Positions 27,386-45,562 of a stretch of 64,000 nucleotides of DNA are shown here, piece after piece. The notes below the pieces were generated by a model that did not search any database, was not told the DNA's origin, and saw nothing but the letters and a program-made list of their open reading frames with translations. The stretch is from the human T2T-CHM13v2.0 reference genome, Homo sapiens, in the NCBI RefSeq assembly GCF_009914755.1, contig NC_060947.1. One strand, 5' to 3'. The position numbers and the translations under genes were made by a program. The first letter of the stretch is position 1, and each line of letters opens with the position of its first letter.

Positions 27386-28315
27386 CAAATAGTACATATC
27401 ATGTAGTTACCTAATAAGTCTGCACATCAACCATATGATTGCCACATAAGTTAGTACTCCAGAAACATCTCTTACACTTTAAAGGAGCTCTTAGAACTTT
27501 TTATAGGGTCGCCTAAAATATATAGAATATATTATACCACGGACTACTCTTTTTTCATCTATTAAAGTTTCAGAGGGCAAATGCCTGAAAATCTACTTTG
27601 GTGGCAATGCTGCCAAGGAGAAATGGTGACATTGCTGTGAATGAGCTTGACCCGAATGATGTTAACTACAATATATTGCTTCATGTTTAGTCCAAAGTCA
27701 CAGAGAAGGCTTTTTATAAAACTACTAATCTGAGCTGATGACTAAAAGAGAAATATTTAAAGGTCTTTCCTCCTCTCCATTGACTCAGTATAAATAGGAA
27801 TGACATGCACATAGTGAGGGGAGAATGTGGTGCCATGAATAGAGATTTTGTAGCACATTTTTCATTGACTTTAATGAGATGCGTGTGGATAAATGTGTTA
27901 GTGCGGTTGGCAGAGTGTCTTTTTTTTCCAAAGCATCAAGGTTTAGCCTAATGTCTCAGTGAATCTTTGAAATGGAGCTGGAATTTTAAAGATAACAAGT
28001 AGTGTTCAGAGAGCCCATTGACCCAGGGAGCTTGCAAGGCCCCTACCAGTTTCAACAGTAATGGAAACATTTGGCAACATTGAGGAATTAAGGCAAGTAG
28101 CCCTGGAGTTGTGGGCATTTATAAACAAGTGCAAAGGTAATTACAGGAAAGAGAATGGGAGAGGTACTCTAGCAGTGAATAATTTTTCATTGTGTTGATT
28201 TTGTTGCTGAGAAAAATCTCAGAATTCCTAGATTTCCATGTTTAGTTACAGGACATGCCTTTCCATAGGAAAGGCTTTGCTGATGTCCTTAGGGCAATGC
28301 CTTTAACATGTCCTT

Positions 28316-28990
28316 GGAACTCTTATATACTGTTGGTATGAATGTATAGTAGTACAGCCACTATGGAAAACAGTTGTGGAGATGTCTCAGAAAACTAAAA
28401 ATAGGATTACCATTTGATCCAGCTGCTTAATATCCACCCAAAGGAAAGTAAATCAATATATCAAAGGGATACCTGTACTCGCATGTTTATTGCAGCACTA
28501 TTCACATGGAATCCACATAAGTGTTCATGAACAAATGAATGGATAAAGAAAATGTGGTATATATACACATAAGGGAATACTATATTGTTCAGGTATAAAA
28601 AAGAATGAAATAATGTCATTTGCAGCAACATGGATGGAACTGGAAGTCATTAAGTGAAAGAAGACAGGCATAAAAAGACAAATATCTCATGGTTTCACTT
28701 ACATGTGGGAGTTAAAAAACTTGATCACATGGAGGTAGAGAATGGAAAGATAGGTAAGAGACACTGGGAAGGGTGACTTGAGGGAGAGGATGAAGAGAAG
28801 TGGGTTAAAGGGTACAAATATACAGTAAAATGGAATAAATACAGTGTTTGATAGCAGAGTAGGGTGAATATACGTCACAAAAATATATACTACTTGGGTG
28901 ATGGACACACTAAATACCCTAACTTAATCACTATACGTAGATACATGTAACAAAATTTTACATGTACCCCCATACATTTGTGCAAAAAAA
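28316..28990 (+). mobile_element. 5'-truncated L1MA2/3-like element
   Basis: L1 3' region, short A tail, and TSD gtccttagggcaa (28285-28297) / gtccttaaggcaa (28991-29003). Confidence 0.88.
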
Positions 28991-29229
28991 GTCCTTAAGG
29001 CAAGACTAAAAAATAAAGACAGTGTAAGTCAGTCAGTCAACAGTTTGATTGCCTTCTATGTACAGTAAACAGTGTTAGCTGTTGTCAGGCATGTAATTAT
29101 AATGCATAAACTCGATCCTCGAGGAATTTGCAATTATCTGAGAAGATTAAAAAAAGTCTGTGAGGGTAATTGATGATATCTCAATGCCAAGTGTGTTATA
29201 AATGAGGGCATTTAGGATACACATATAGA

Positions 29230-29445
29230 AAATAGACAGCCCCAAATGTTCCACATATTATATAATTCAGTCAATCATCATTACAAATCAGTGGAATGTA
29301 CTGTTTATTACTATTTTACAAATGAGGAAAATGCCGGGGGTGGGGCATAGAAAGCTTAGTTAACTTTCACAAGGTCACTGAATTTAATAGTGGAGCAGGA
29401 ATTTAAACCCAGGTAATCTGACTTCAGAGTTTGTGTGCCCAAAAC
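29230..29445 (-). mobile_element. MIR
   Basis: Contains attttacaaatgaggaaa ... caggaatttaaacccaggtaatctgacttcagag. Confidence 0.75.
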
Positions 29446-29729
29446 ATGAATCTGTATTGAAAGAAGAGAATTGCCAGTTTTATCAGAACAGGAAAAAAAA
29501 ATGTTCAGCCTTGAATGAAGGGTGTGCTATAGATGAATGAAAAGAGAATGGGGTGGGGTCGTGGGAGTGTGTGGATCTGGGGATGTGTTTGTGGGGAGGT
29601 GGCACAAAATGATAATGCTTCAAGCAGCAGCTTGAAGGTGGAAATTAAAATGGCACAATATGCGTGTATATGTGGGTGGAAGAATGAGTAGCAATTCAAA
29701 CCTAGGCGATTTTATGTAGGAGGTTAGTT

Positions 29730-30065
29730 GATGGTAGGTGGGAATGTAGATTGGTACAGGTTTTTAGGCAAGCAATTTTGCAACACCTTAAAATTTAAAA
29801 AGTACATGGCTTCTTATTCAGCCTTTCCCAAACTAGGAATGCATTCCACAGACGTACTTATACTGTATTGTTTTAAAAGTGAAAAAAATGACATAGATGA
29901 CCTTCAAAAGGAGAACTGTTGGATTGTATTTTAGTGTACTCTGAAGTATTTAAAAAGATGGAGGCTCATCTATTTTTATAGACAGCGAGAGATGCTTGTA
30001 ATTTATTGTACAGTGGAACAAAGTGATTTGATGAACAATATGTATAATATGATTCTATTTTAAAA
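29730..30065 (+). mobile_element. L1ME-type fragment
   Basis: Contains ggtgggaatgtagattggtaca...gcaattttgcaa. Confidence 0.5.
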
Positions 30066-30069
30066 ATTA

Positions 30070-31575
30070 ATCAAGTCAAGAAACACTTATGGAAGCCTCA
30101 CTATGGGCTGGGCACTGGTTCCAGTATATGGGATACTGTAGTGGACCAAACATGCAAACAGATCATACTAAACAAATCTCTGACTTCTTGGAGCTTACAT
30201 TCTTGAGGGGAGATAGACAAGAAACAATAAGCAGAATAAATAAGTAAATTATATAACAGAAGTATATCAGTGCATGAAAAAATAAAAAGAAAAGGAGATC
30301 AGGTAAATAGGATTGGGGGTGCTGATTGGGGGTGGGGTGGGAGATAGTCTTAAATGGGGCAGTCAGGGTAAGACTCATTGAGTAGGTGAGATTTTAGCAA
30401 AGGCCTGAAAAACATCAAGAGGAACAGCAGTGGGTCAAACATAGGCCTTAAATTGGGAATATGTCTGGTGTTCAAAGAACACCAAGAAAAATGGTATGGC
30501 TGGTGTGGGAGAAGTGAGGGGAAGAGTAGATGAGAGGAGGTTGTAGAGTTATTGTGGGGTCTGGATTATATAGGTTAGGACTGTCCAAAACAAATATTAT
30601 GTGAACCTCATATATAATTTTAATTTTTTAGTAGCTACTTTGAAAAAATGGAATACCAGGTGAAATTAATTTTGATAGTATATTTTAAGGTAATATATTC
30701 AAAATATCATCATTTTAACATGTAATCAATAAAAAAGTATTAATGTGATATTTTATACTTTTCGTACTAAGACATTGAAACCTGCGGAATATTTCCCATG
30801 TACCACACATCTAAATTTGGACTAGCTACATTTCAAATTCTCAATAGCCTCAAGTGGCTAGTGGCCATCATATTGAACGACAGGTATAGAGTTGTGTAGG
30901 TCACTTGTTATGATTTGGCTTCCACGTGGAGTGAAATAGTCATTGTGGAAGTTTGAGCAGAAGAGTGACTTAGTCTAATGTACATTTAAATGGATCACTC
31001 TGATTGGTGTGTTGAGAAATGCCCAAGTTTGGAAGGAAGAGGGGAATCGTGCATAGAAGCAGGGAGGCCTGTTAGGAGGCTGTTGCGCCAATCCAGGCAA
31101 AAGATGATGGAGACTCACTCAGATCCAAGTGTTAGCAGTCAAAATGGGGAGAACTGGTCAGATTGTAGATTTATTTTGAAAGTAGAAACAGTGTAGTTTA
31201 CTGACATATTGAATGGGGAAAAAGGTTGAAAGGTGAAAAAGGAATGTCAAGGATAATATCAAGGCTTTTGGCATAAGTGGAAAGATGGAATTTCCATCAG
31301 TTGAAATTGTGGTTCTGCAGGTGGCACAGATTTGGAGGAAAAACTTAAGTGTGAGATTGCTATTATACCCCCAAGTGAAGATTTGAGTTGTCAGTTGGAT
31401 ATATGAGTCTAAATTTGAGAAAGAAGTCTAGACTAAAGATACAAATTTGAGAGCTATCAGCGTAAATAAAAATTATTTAAAGCTGTGAGACTGGATGAGG
31501 TCATTAAGGGATTGAGGGTAGATGGGGAAGAGAAGAGGTCTGATGACTGAGTCTTGGAACCCTCTAACACTATGG
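30070..31575 (-). mobile_element. L2 interrupted by MER33
   Basis: Extended antisense L2 (gagcttacattct, gggaggcctgttaggaggct, agttggatatatgagtct). Confidence 0.75.
30576..30886. mobile_element. MER33-like hAT-Charlie DNA transposon
   Basis: About 310 bp: ctgtccaa...aggtgaaattaatttt...ctagctacatttcaa..ctcaatagcc.caagtggctagtggc. Confidence 0.8.
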
Positions 31576-31682
31576 GGACTAATACCAGTCTGGATGGATT
31601 TATACCATATTGATGATTATTTTTACCATTACGTAGGAGAATTTCAAGGGCCTGGCCAAGAAGGGGAACTTTTAATATATAA

Positions 31683-31775
31683 CTGTATTTTTAATAATAA
31701 ATATATATAATATACATTTATATATTATATATATAATAAATGTATATAAAATAGAATTTTATAATAAATGTATAA
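31683..31775. repeat. AT-rich low-complexity tract
   Basis: Almost entirely A/T, with (TA)n and ataataaat units. Confidence 0.85.
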
Positions 31776-31809
31776 TGGTTCTGGAATTTAAAAATATGTG
31801 AGCAATACA

Positions 31810-32260
31810 GAGAGGACTTACAGCTATAGCTCAGATATATAAAGAAGTTGTGAACTTATCACTGTTGTCCTTACAACAAGGAAAAGCTTGACAACTAATT
31901 ATCAATGGATATTGATGTTCTTATACACATAAGAGAACTGAATTTGCAGGGCGAACTTTCATCGCAAACCTAAAGAGGCAGGTACCTGCAGGAAGTCATA
32001 AACTGAAGCATTTGCTTACCTGGGGCTGAAGCCTCCAGATGCCATGAAACCATATGAGGAACATTAAACTAGAAAGTCTGATGAATTGCTGGGGTGGTTA
32101 AGTATGGGCTAGCAAGAGTGTGTACAGCTCCTTGAGGGCCACAGTCATGGGTGTGGGGTGTGGCTTATACTTACCTAGGCTTTTCCTTCAGTTAGTACAC
32201 TAGGCTGTCATTAGGAAGATTGGGGATAATCCAGAGAAACCTACCTACTGACTTTCTCTC
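31810..32260 (+). mobile_element. Ancient L1M 5'-end (L1MD-like) fragment
   Basis: gtccttacaacaaggaaaagct...agagaactgaatttgcagggcgaact resembles the L1MD 5' end as I recall it. Confidence 0.5.
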
Positions 32261-32279
32261 TGCCTTGGTGATTGTAGAA

Positions 32280-32340
32280 GTTTCTAAAGGATATTTTCAC
32301 TGGATATAAGATTCTGGGTTGGCAGGTTTTTTTTTTTCTC
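32280..32340 (-). mobile_element. Short L1 ORF1 fragment
   Basis: Minus-strand peptide KKTCQPRILYPVKISF matches the ORF1p motif CQPRILYPAKLSF. Confidence 0.7.
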
Positions 32341-32917
32341 TCACTCCACCCAATTCCCCGAATGACTAAGAAGAGCATAGCACCCTGACAACCTGTGATG
32401 GACATACAGTGTGAACAAGAAATTAACTTTTTTTGTTTGTATTTTAGCAAAAACAAACAGCAAGTTGTCAGTACAATCATGTTGATTCTGGAAAGCAAGC
32501 ATAAGGAAATTTTATGTTTTATATTACATACAGATTGGGGAAACCATTGGATGTCTTGAAGAAGAGTAGTATTTGATTTACCCAATAAAATCATGTTCTT
32601 TGAATATTAATCCAGTAGCGATGTATAGGCAAAGATTCTCCACTTTCTGAACTAATTCTGACCCTTGGCTCTATTATGTGTCTGAAGTTATTTAATAGGA
32701 ACAATAATAAGAACCCAAACCAAGTGATAATTACCAGAATCCTATTCATACTATTAAATAGAATTAGCTTTGTGTATTGTTTGAGGCTATTTTTTTTAAA
32801 AAAAGAGAATTTTAATAGTATCTTAATGCTTTATATAATTTCCCACAAAATAATATAAAAATACTCATATTGAGTAATTCTACCTGTTTTTACAATTAAA
32901 TGTCCATCGCTAAATAA

Positions 32918-33321
<404 letters not shown>

Positions 33322-34873
33322 TATATCTATTTTTTACCGGACTTTTAATTAAATAAGAATCTAGAGATTTTACCTAATTAAGGAAAAGCATGTTGGCTTC
33401 AGAAATAATTTTTATGCATGCCCCATAAGTCTTTGAAAAGACAATTTAATATTATGCCTAATGTTATTTTTGCTTTGGGAGAAAAGTAACCTATAGCCCC
33501 AAAAAGTCTTATATATGATGGGTTGTCACTCATGGCAACTTACAGCAGGAAGGATTGGGTCTAGATTTTCCTTACTTTGCCTCAGATTTTTCATTTTCGA
33601 AAAAATGCCCCTTTTCATGTGTTGCAACTGAGGAGAGTTATGAGTCAAACGCATCCTGTTTTCAAACTCATACATGATATTTTGGTTAATAAATGCATCA
33701 GGACCTGGAGGACAATTGACATATAAAAGAAACATAGAAAGAAGGCAGCCAATTGTGTCTGTTTACAGACTAAATATGACAAAAAAAGGTCTGTGAGAGT
33801 TTTAAGTTCTGCCTGTTCCCTAGAAATTTCTACTCATTTGAAGATGAACCTTGATTGAAATGTAAAGTTTCAACTTCTAAGAAGCTGAGTAACATACACA
33901 GCAGGAACTGCCAATATCGTTTTAATAGACATGTCTTGTAAAGGTGAATTTCAATGAGTTTTCAGAGCTTTCTGAACAGTATTATCACACGTTTTAAGTA
34001 AATAGGTCAATGTTATCATTTATGTATAATTTTATTGCTTTAGTGCTATATTTTTATGATTATTTTACAAATACTTTACTAAGAATATACTGAAGTCTCC
34101 TGATGATTTTATGCTCTTTCTTATTCTTGTTTTACTCGAGAAGTTTTAACTTTGAATCCCTACTTAGCTACTTTAAAACCTGTCTCATTTTTCCAACTTA
34201 CACCTTGCATCATCTCTCTTTCCTTAGAGCCCAGACATCTTGCGGAGCCATTCACTTCTTCCTAACATTTTAGATACTCCAATCTTTTTTCTATATTTGA
34301 TTATTTATTTGTGAATCTCAAGAACAGAAGTAGTCTATCCCCAAAACATGCAGAGAGCTGGAAAAAGTATAGACATATACAATTTAATGGAAGGAAGGAA
34401 GGCAGGAAGGAAGGATATGAATTATATCTCTAAATTGGAAACTTCAAGCCTTATGTCTTTATAATGATATATCATAATTTCCTTTTAAAAGTCAGGAACT
34501 CAGACCAAGACACAAACTCATGCACATGCTAAACTGTGAAAGCATACATTTACCTGTGGTGACGTTAGCTGGCAGTTTTAGTTGGCTCAGAAAAATAATC
34601 TTACATAAGGAAAGAGCCTCCCTCCATGAGCAGCCTTGAAAGTAGAAAATTTAGGAAGAATGTGTCAATGATCAAATCTACTGAAAATCAGCAATATCTT
34701 TTGCATACTTGTGGAGTAAGGTGTGACAAGTTATTAGTGGTATGGATGGCTGAGCTTTTCTGGAAAGAAGAGGACATTTTTCAAATGTGCCTTGTATTGT
34801 GCATGGTCCTTTCCATGGTTATACCTACATACTGGCCAGTTGTAAACATTAGATCATATTAAAATCATTCATG

Positions 34874-37630
34874 GATCTTTCAAAAAGACTTAGACTCCCA
34901 CACAATAGTAGTGGGATACTTTAACAGCCCACTGGCAATATTAGACAGATCATCGAGACAGAAAATTAACAAAGATATTCAGGATGTAAGCTCAGCTCTG
35001 GACCAAATGGATCTGATAGATAGCTACAGAACTCTCCACCCAAAAACAATAGAATATACGTTCTTCTCATTGCCACATGGCATTTACTCTAAAATTGATC
35101 GTATAATCAGAAGTAAAACACTCCTCAGCAAATGCAGAAAACTGAAACCATATAAAACAGTCTCTGGGACCACAGTGCAGTCAAATTAAAACTAAAGACT
35201 AAGGAATTCACTGAAAACCGTACAATTACATGGAAACTGAATAAGCTGCTCCTGAATGACTTTTGGGTAAATAATAAAATTAAGGCAGAAATCAAGAAGT
35301 TCTTTGAAACTAATGAGAACAAAGATACATCGTACCAGAATCTCTGGCACACAGCTAAGGCAGTGTTAAGAGAGAAATTTATAGCACTAAATGCCCACAT
35401 CAAAAAGTTAGAAAGATCTCAAGTTAACAACCTAACATCACAACTAAAAGAACTAGAGAACCAAGAGAAAAATCAAGCCACAGAAATACAAACAACCATC
35501 AGAAAATATTACAAATACCTCTATGAACATAAACTAGAAAATCTAGAAGAAAGGGATAAATTCCTGGACATAGACACCCTCCCAAGACTGAACCAGGAAG
35601 AAATAGAATCCCTAAACAGACCAATAATGAGTTCTGAAATTGAGGCAGTAATAAATAGCCTACCAATCAAAAAAAGTCCAGGACCAGATGGATTCACAGC
35701 TGAATTCTACCCGATGTACAAAGAAGAGCTGGTACCATTCCTACTGAAACTATTCCAAAAAATTGAAAAAAGGGGACTCTTCCCTAACTCATTCTATGAG
35801 ACCAGCATCATCTTGATACCAAAACCCTGCAGAGACACAATAAAAGAAAGAAAACTTCAGGCCAATTTACTTGATAACATTGATGCAAAAATCCTCAATA
35901 AAATACTGGCAAACTGAATCCAGCAACACATCAAAAAGCTTATCCACCACAATCAAGTAGGCTTCATCCCTGGGATGCAAGCAAGCTTGGTTCAACATAC
36001 ACAAATCAGTAAATGTGATTCATCACATAAACAGAACTAAAGAGAAAACACACATGATTATCTCAATAGATGCAGAAAAGGCTTGTGACAAAATTCAACA
36101 TCCCTTCGTGTTAAAAACTCACAATAAACTAGGTATTGAAGGAACATACGTCAAAATAATAAGAGCCATGTGTGGCAAACCCACAGCCAACATCGTACTG
36201 AATGGGCAAAAGCTGGAAGCATTCCCCTTGAAAACTGGCACAAGGACGCCTGCTCTCACCACTCATATTCAACATAGTATTGGAAGTTTTGGCCAGGGTA
36301 GTCAGGCAAGAGAAAGAAATAAAGAGTATTCAAATAGGGAGAGAGGAAGTCAAACTAACACTTTTGAAGATGTTTAAAAAAAGCAATGGGGAAAGGATTC
36401 CCTTTTCATTAAATGGTGCTGGGATAACTGTCTGGCCATATGCAGAAGATTGAAACTGGACCCCTTCCTTACACCATATACAAAATTTAACTCAAGATGG
36501 ATTAAAAACTTAAATGTAAAACCCAAACATATAAAAATTCTGGAAGACAACCTAGGCAATACTATTCAGGACATAGCCTGGGCAAAGATTTCATGATGAC
36601 GACACCAAAAGCAATTGCAACTAAAGCAAAAATTGACAAATGGGATCCAATTAAAATAAAGAGCTTCTGCACAGCAAAGTAACTATCAACAGACAACCTA
36701 CAGAGTGAGAGAAAAATTTTTGCAAACTATGCTTCCAACAAAAGTCTAATTTATAAGGAACTTCAACAAATTTACAAGAAAAAAACACCACCCCATTAAA
36801 AAGTGGGCAAAGGAGATGAACAGACACTTCTCAAAGGAAGGCAGACACATGGACAACATGCATGTGAATAAAAGCTCAACATCACTGATCATTAGAAAAA
36901 TGCAAGTCAAAACCACAATGAGATACCATCTCACACCAGTCAGAATGGCTACTATGAAAAAATAACAGATACTGGTGAGGTTGTGGAGAAGAAAGAACAC
37001 TTATACACTGTTGATGGGAGTGTAAATTAGTTCAGCCATCGTGGAAGAGTGTGACAATTCCTCAAAGACCTAAAGACAGAAATACCATTCAATCCAGCAA
37101 TCCCATTACTGGGTATATACCCAAAGGAATATAAATTGTTCTATCACAAAGACAGATGCATGCATATGTTCACTGCAATACTATTCACAATAGCAAAGAT
37201 ATGGAATCAACCTAAATGCCCATCAATGATAGACTGGATAAAGAAAATGTAGTACATATATACCATTGAATACTATACAGCCATAAAAAAGAATGAGATC
37301 ATGTCCTTTGTAGGGACATGGATGGAACTGGAGGCCATTATCCTTAGCAAACTAACACAGGAACAGAAAACCAAATACCACATATTTTCTTTTAGTTGGG
37401 AGCTAAATGTTGAGAACCCATAAGACACATAGAGGTGAACAGCACACACTGAGGCCTACCAGAGGGTAGAGGGTGGGAGGAGGAAGAGGATCAGGAAAAA
37501 TAACTAATGGATACTAGGCTTAATACCTGAGTGATGAAATAATCTGTACAACAAACCCCCATGACACACATTTACCTATGTTACAAAGCTACACATGTAC
37601 TCCTGAACTTAAAATAAAAGAATAAAAAAA
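34874..37630 (+). mobile_element. 5'-truncated L1PA (PA11-PA15-like) with two internal deletions
   Basis: ORF2 EN/RT peptides (ORFs 34911, 35363, 36015), 3'UTR and A tail, and TSD aaaatcattcatg (34861-34873) / aaaatcgttcatg (37628-37640). Confidence 0.95.
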
Positions 37631-39089
37631 ATCGTTCATGAGTCTTTACAAAATCTTAATACCTGAGTCTCAGGATTGAGATTCGAAGTGGGGAGGGGGA
37701 CTGGAGGACTTTTTTTGAGTTGATAAAGAAGAAACTGGTACTTTGAAAGAAGGTATACGTTTCTTCCTTCCTCCTTTTTGGTAATATTCTGGAATCACTG
37801 ATCCTTAAGACTCCCAGGATTTTCAAGTTGTATTCTGTTGCATTTAGATGCAAAATAATCTAATGTAGTATTTTCCACAATGAGCTTCCTGAAAGGCTGA
37901 TCTTCTCTGAAAATGTTAGTAACCTCATATGATAAATAAGTAAATACTAATGAGTTTCTTCCAAAATATGTTTAGAACTCTAAGAAAATCACTAAAGAAA
38001 TGTAAATAGTTCTTACTATTATGCAATACTTTTTCATTAGAAATACAGTACCAAATCAAGAATGCCAAGGAGAATGAGAAATCATTCATTACTTTAATCT
38101 GTTCAATTAATATTTTTGAGCATCTACTATATGCCTGGTATAGTTGTAGGTGCTTGGGATACATCAGTAAAATGCATTAATACATGACTTTAATTCTGCA
38201 GCATTTAGAAAAAAACTCTCTGATGTTTGATGGGTTTTTAAAATATCGTATAATGTTCTTTATTCATTTTTCATTCAAATTTATAAATGAATTAAAAAAT
38301 AAACTAAACCAGACTAATTTGCTTTATTCATATGTAAAGTTAAAAATAATTAGATATTGATCATTTCTTACAAGATTTATTTCATTGATTCCTTTTATTC
38401 TTTTGCTGTCAAATACAAGAGTGAATTTCTATGAACTGTGGAGATTTTCAATGCATTTGAATTAAAAGACTATGATGAACAGAAAATGACACATCCATAC
38501 ATGAAACTTCTCTGTAAGTGAAAGCTTTATTATATATTTCTTTGGGGAAACCTTTTGCCATGAAGAAATGAAGCAGGTTCTGAAATAAATTTGAAACAAA
38601 ATTTTTATGCAACTTAAGCAAATTTTACATTGGTAAATCACGTGATTTATTAGAATTTTACAAATATTACAAATGTAACATCTTACACTTTATCAAGCTA
38701 AACAAGAAATAGAATCTTTTCTGGTTGACTGGCTGACATGAAATAGTTTTTGATTCAAGCAAACTTCTGCAAGTAGCTCTTTGTAAACAGAAAAATAAGA
38801 TAGATGGATATATATAGATAAATACATAAAACTAACTTATTTGACTCTTATTTGGTCCCACCAGTTGGGCTTTTAGGGATGTTTTCTGCATTCAGGAAGT
38901 TTCTTGAAATAAAGATGAGTATTTGTTGTTATGTTTGTCTGCAGAGAACAGTCTGCAAATAGTCATATGTGTTTCATAAGGATCGCCTCAACTTTCTTTT
39001 TTGTTTCTGTTTTGTTTTTGCATATAGGTAGGGTTAGACATAATTGTAAATACTCCTTCTTAAAAAGGATATATATGCATCGGAATTTA

Positions 39090-39325
39090 GGAAATGGTCA
39101 TATAATGGCTTTGAATCAGATTAACCTGGATTTAATACAGGTCCCTAGGTATTGTGGACCCTCATACCCAATTCTCTTTGACTTTGTTTTGTCATTTGTC
39201 ACATAAAGATATTAATATTTAATATACAAGGTTGTTATAAATCAATAAGATAATAAAAGTGTAAAGAGCACTGCACTGAACCTGCCTTATGGTAAGGATT
39301 CATTGGAAAGTAATTATTTGTTATT
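39090..39325 (+). mobile_element. MIR
   Basis: Contains ggctttgaatcagattaacctggattta ... tgtaaagagcactgcac. Confidence 0.6.
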
Positions 39326-40569
39326 ACTGTTATTATTATTAAGCATCTATTATGTGTTAGGGTTGGGAATAATAAATGGAATATTATATTGGGCATAGGT
39401 TTCAAGTGTAGTGTCTAGTTGGAGAACTAAAGAGTATATGTTTGAGGTAATAACTAAAAATAAAAACAGTAGTATGGATGAGAATAGACAGTTTTTTTTT
39501 AAATGTAAGCTTTGGAGGTTTTTGTGACATAAATATTATAAATGGTCCTGAAGAAATCTGAACCTAAATTTCTTCATGTATACAGCCCATTTATACTGTT
39601 CATTAGGTAGAAACCAGCTCGTAGATGACCTTCAATAAAGTTTGTATTGATTGCTAGGTTTTTGAGGAAACAAAAACAAGAGACAATTCAATTTTCCCAG
39701 CTTATTTCTTTTTGAACAGTAGAAAGGTGTTACATCTTGTTGCTGCCAAGTGGAGCAGATTAAAGGTCAGGACAGCATGCAAGATCTGTTTCTCTAATAG
39801 GAACATTCCAGCACACAGGAATGGGGGATGGAGTAATTTTTAGTCTATGTTTCTCATGAAAGTCAAGAATAGCATAACATTAGAGGTACTTTTTTGGTCT
39901 CATGTTTATTCAGTAGCTTTGACCGTAGAGTTTTTTCCTATTTAGTGACTATATTCTACTTGGAAAATATGATGTAAAAGAAATTCGTAGAGAAAAATGC
40001 AAATACCGTTGCATATCCCCAAGTAATTTATGCTTTTTCTTACCCCCAAATTCTTGAAATATATTCATTTGTAATAAAAAAAGTCCCTGCACCTGGAGTT
40101 ATCTTTTATTTTCCTTTCTTTTTTTAATTACTCTGACATATAATTGTAAGATACATATTTATGAAGAGTTGAGACAGGCCAGAATCAAATTTTCTTGTCC
40201 AGCCTACCCAGCTGCTGATGGCCATCTCTGAGATAACCAACTTGCTCACACATGCTCCTAATGATTTCTGTTATATAGTTGAGAGGGAGTGTCCGTCTGT
40301 CAGCACTAAATGCTATTTGTGAAATTAATGGCACAAGGAAACAATGTAGCTCTGATACTAGTTGCAGCTATACATGTTAGCTGATTTTGAAAAAAGGTTG
40401 GAATTTAGTAATATCTTTCAGTCACATGGTATTTTTCCCTCTACTCTTCCCCTGGTTCATGGCATTCTAAGCATATCAAATTACCTACTACTTGTTATTG
40501 CAAATGATACTTTTAAATTTCTGATTTGAGATATTACTTGACCCATATAAAAATACAAAATGACTGATT

Positions 40570-44757
<4,188 letters not shown>

Positions 44758-44915
44758 AATGACTGATTGTTAGAGACTTTTTTGTGTTTCTATGGAAAAA
44801 TTAAAACATATGTGAGAGAGTAAACTGCTGATTATTCTATACAAAGCCTTCTAGCATATCTTTCTGACTTTCTGTAAATGGAACATGACTTGACGTCTAC
44901 CTCCAACTCAATTTG

Positions 44916-45215
44916 TTTTTTTTTTTTTTTTTTCTGAGACGGAGTCTCACTCTGTCCCCCAGGCTGGAGTGCAGTGATGCAATCTCGGCTCACTGCAAGC
45001 TCTGCCTCCCGGGTTCACGCCATTGTCCTGCCTCAGCCTCCTGAGCATCTGGGACTATAGGCGCCCGCACCACGCCCGGCTAATTTTTTGTATTTTTAGT
45101 AGAGACGAGGTTTCACCGTGTTAGCAAGGATGGTCTCAGTCTCCAGATCTCATGATCCACCTGTCTCGGCCTCCCAAAGTGCTGGGATTACAGGCATGAG
45201 CCACCATGCCTGGCC
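44916..45215 (-). mobile_element. AluY
   Basis: Contains ctgcaagctc, gttcacgccatt and caccgtgttagc, with a poly-T tail. No clean TSD is visible. Confidence 0.94.
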
Positions 45216-45414
45216 CTTGGTGTGTTTTTTAAAACACAATCAAACACATAAACATTCACAAAGAACTACTTCAGAAAAACAAGAATTCACTGGACTAGAG
45301 AGGACCTTTAAAAAATCTGAAAGCTTCTTTGACAAGAAAGGATAATTGCTGTATATCTTTCTTATTGAGTATAATTTTCGTTTACATATTTTATTTTGTG
45401 TGTTTTTAAAAATT

Positions 45415-45562
45415 ATTATTACCGGGTAATTATGATAGATATAACTCAGAATACGCATAGGTCAAGGCATGGGATAGGGATTGTATGGAGCTTCCATACT
45501 CCCCACTGTGTGCCACCCTCTTAGCACATCTGTGTTTTCACCAACCCAGAAGTTCTTCATAC
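45415..45562. mobile_element. MER21-like LTR fragment
   Basis: Contains gcatagg...ggagcttccatac...gccaccctc...caacccagaagttct. Confidence 0.55.
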
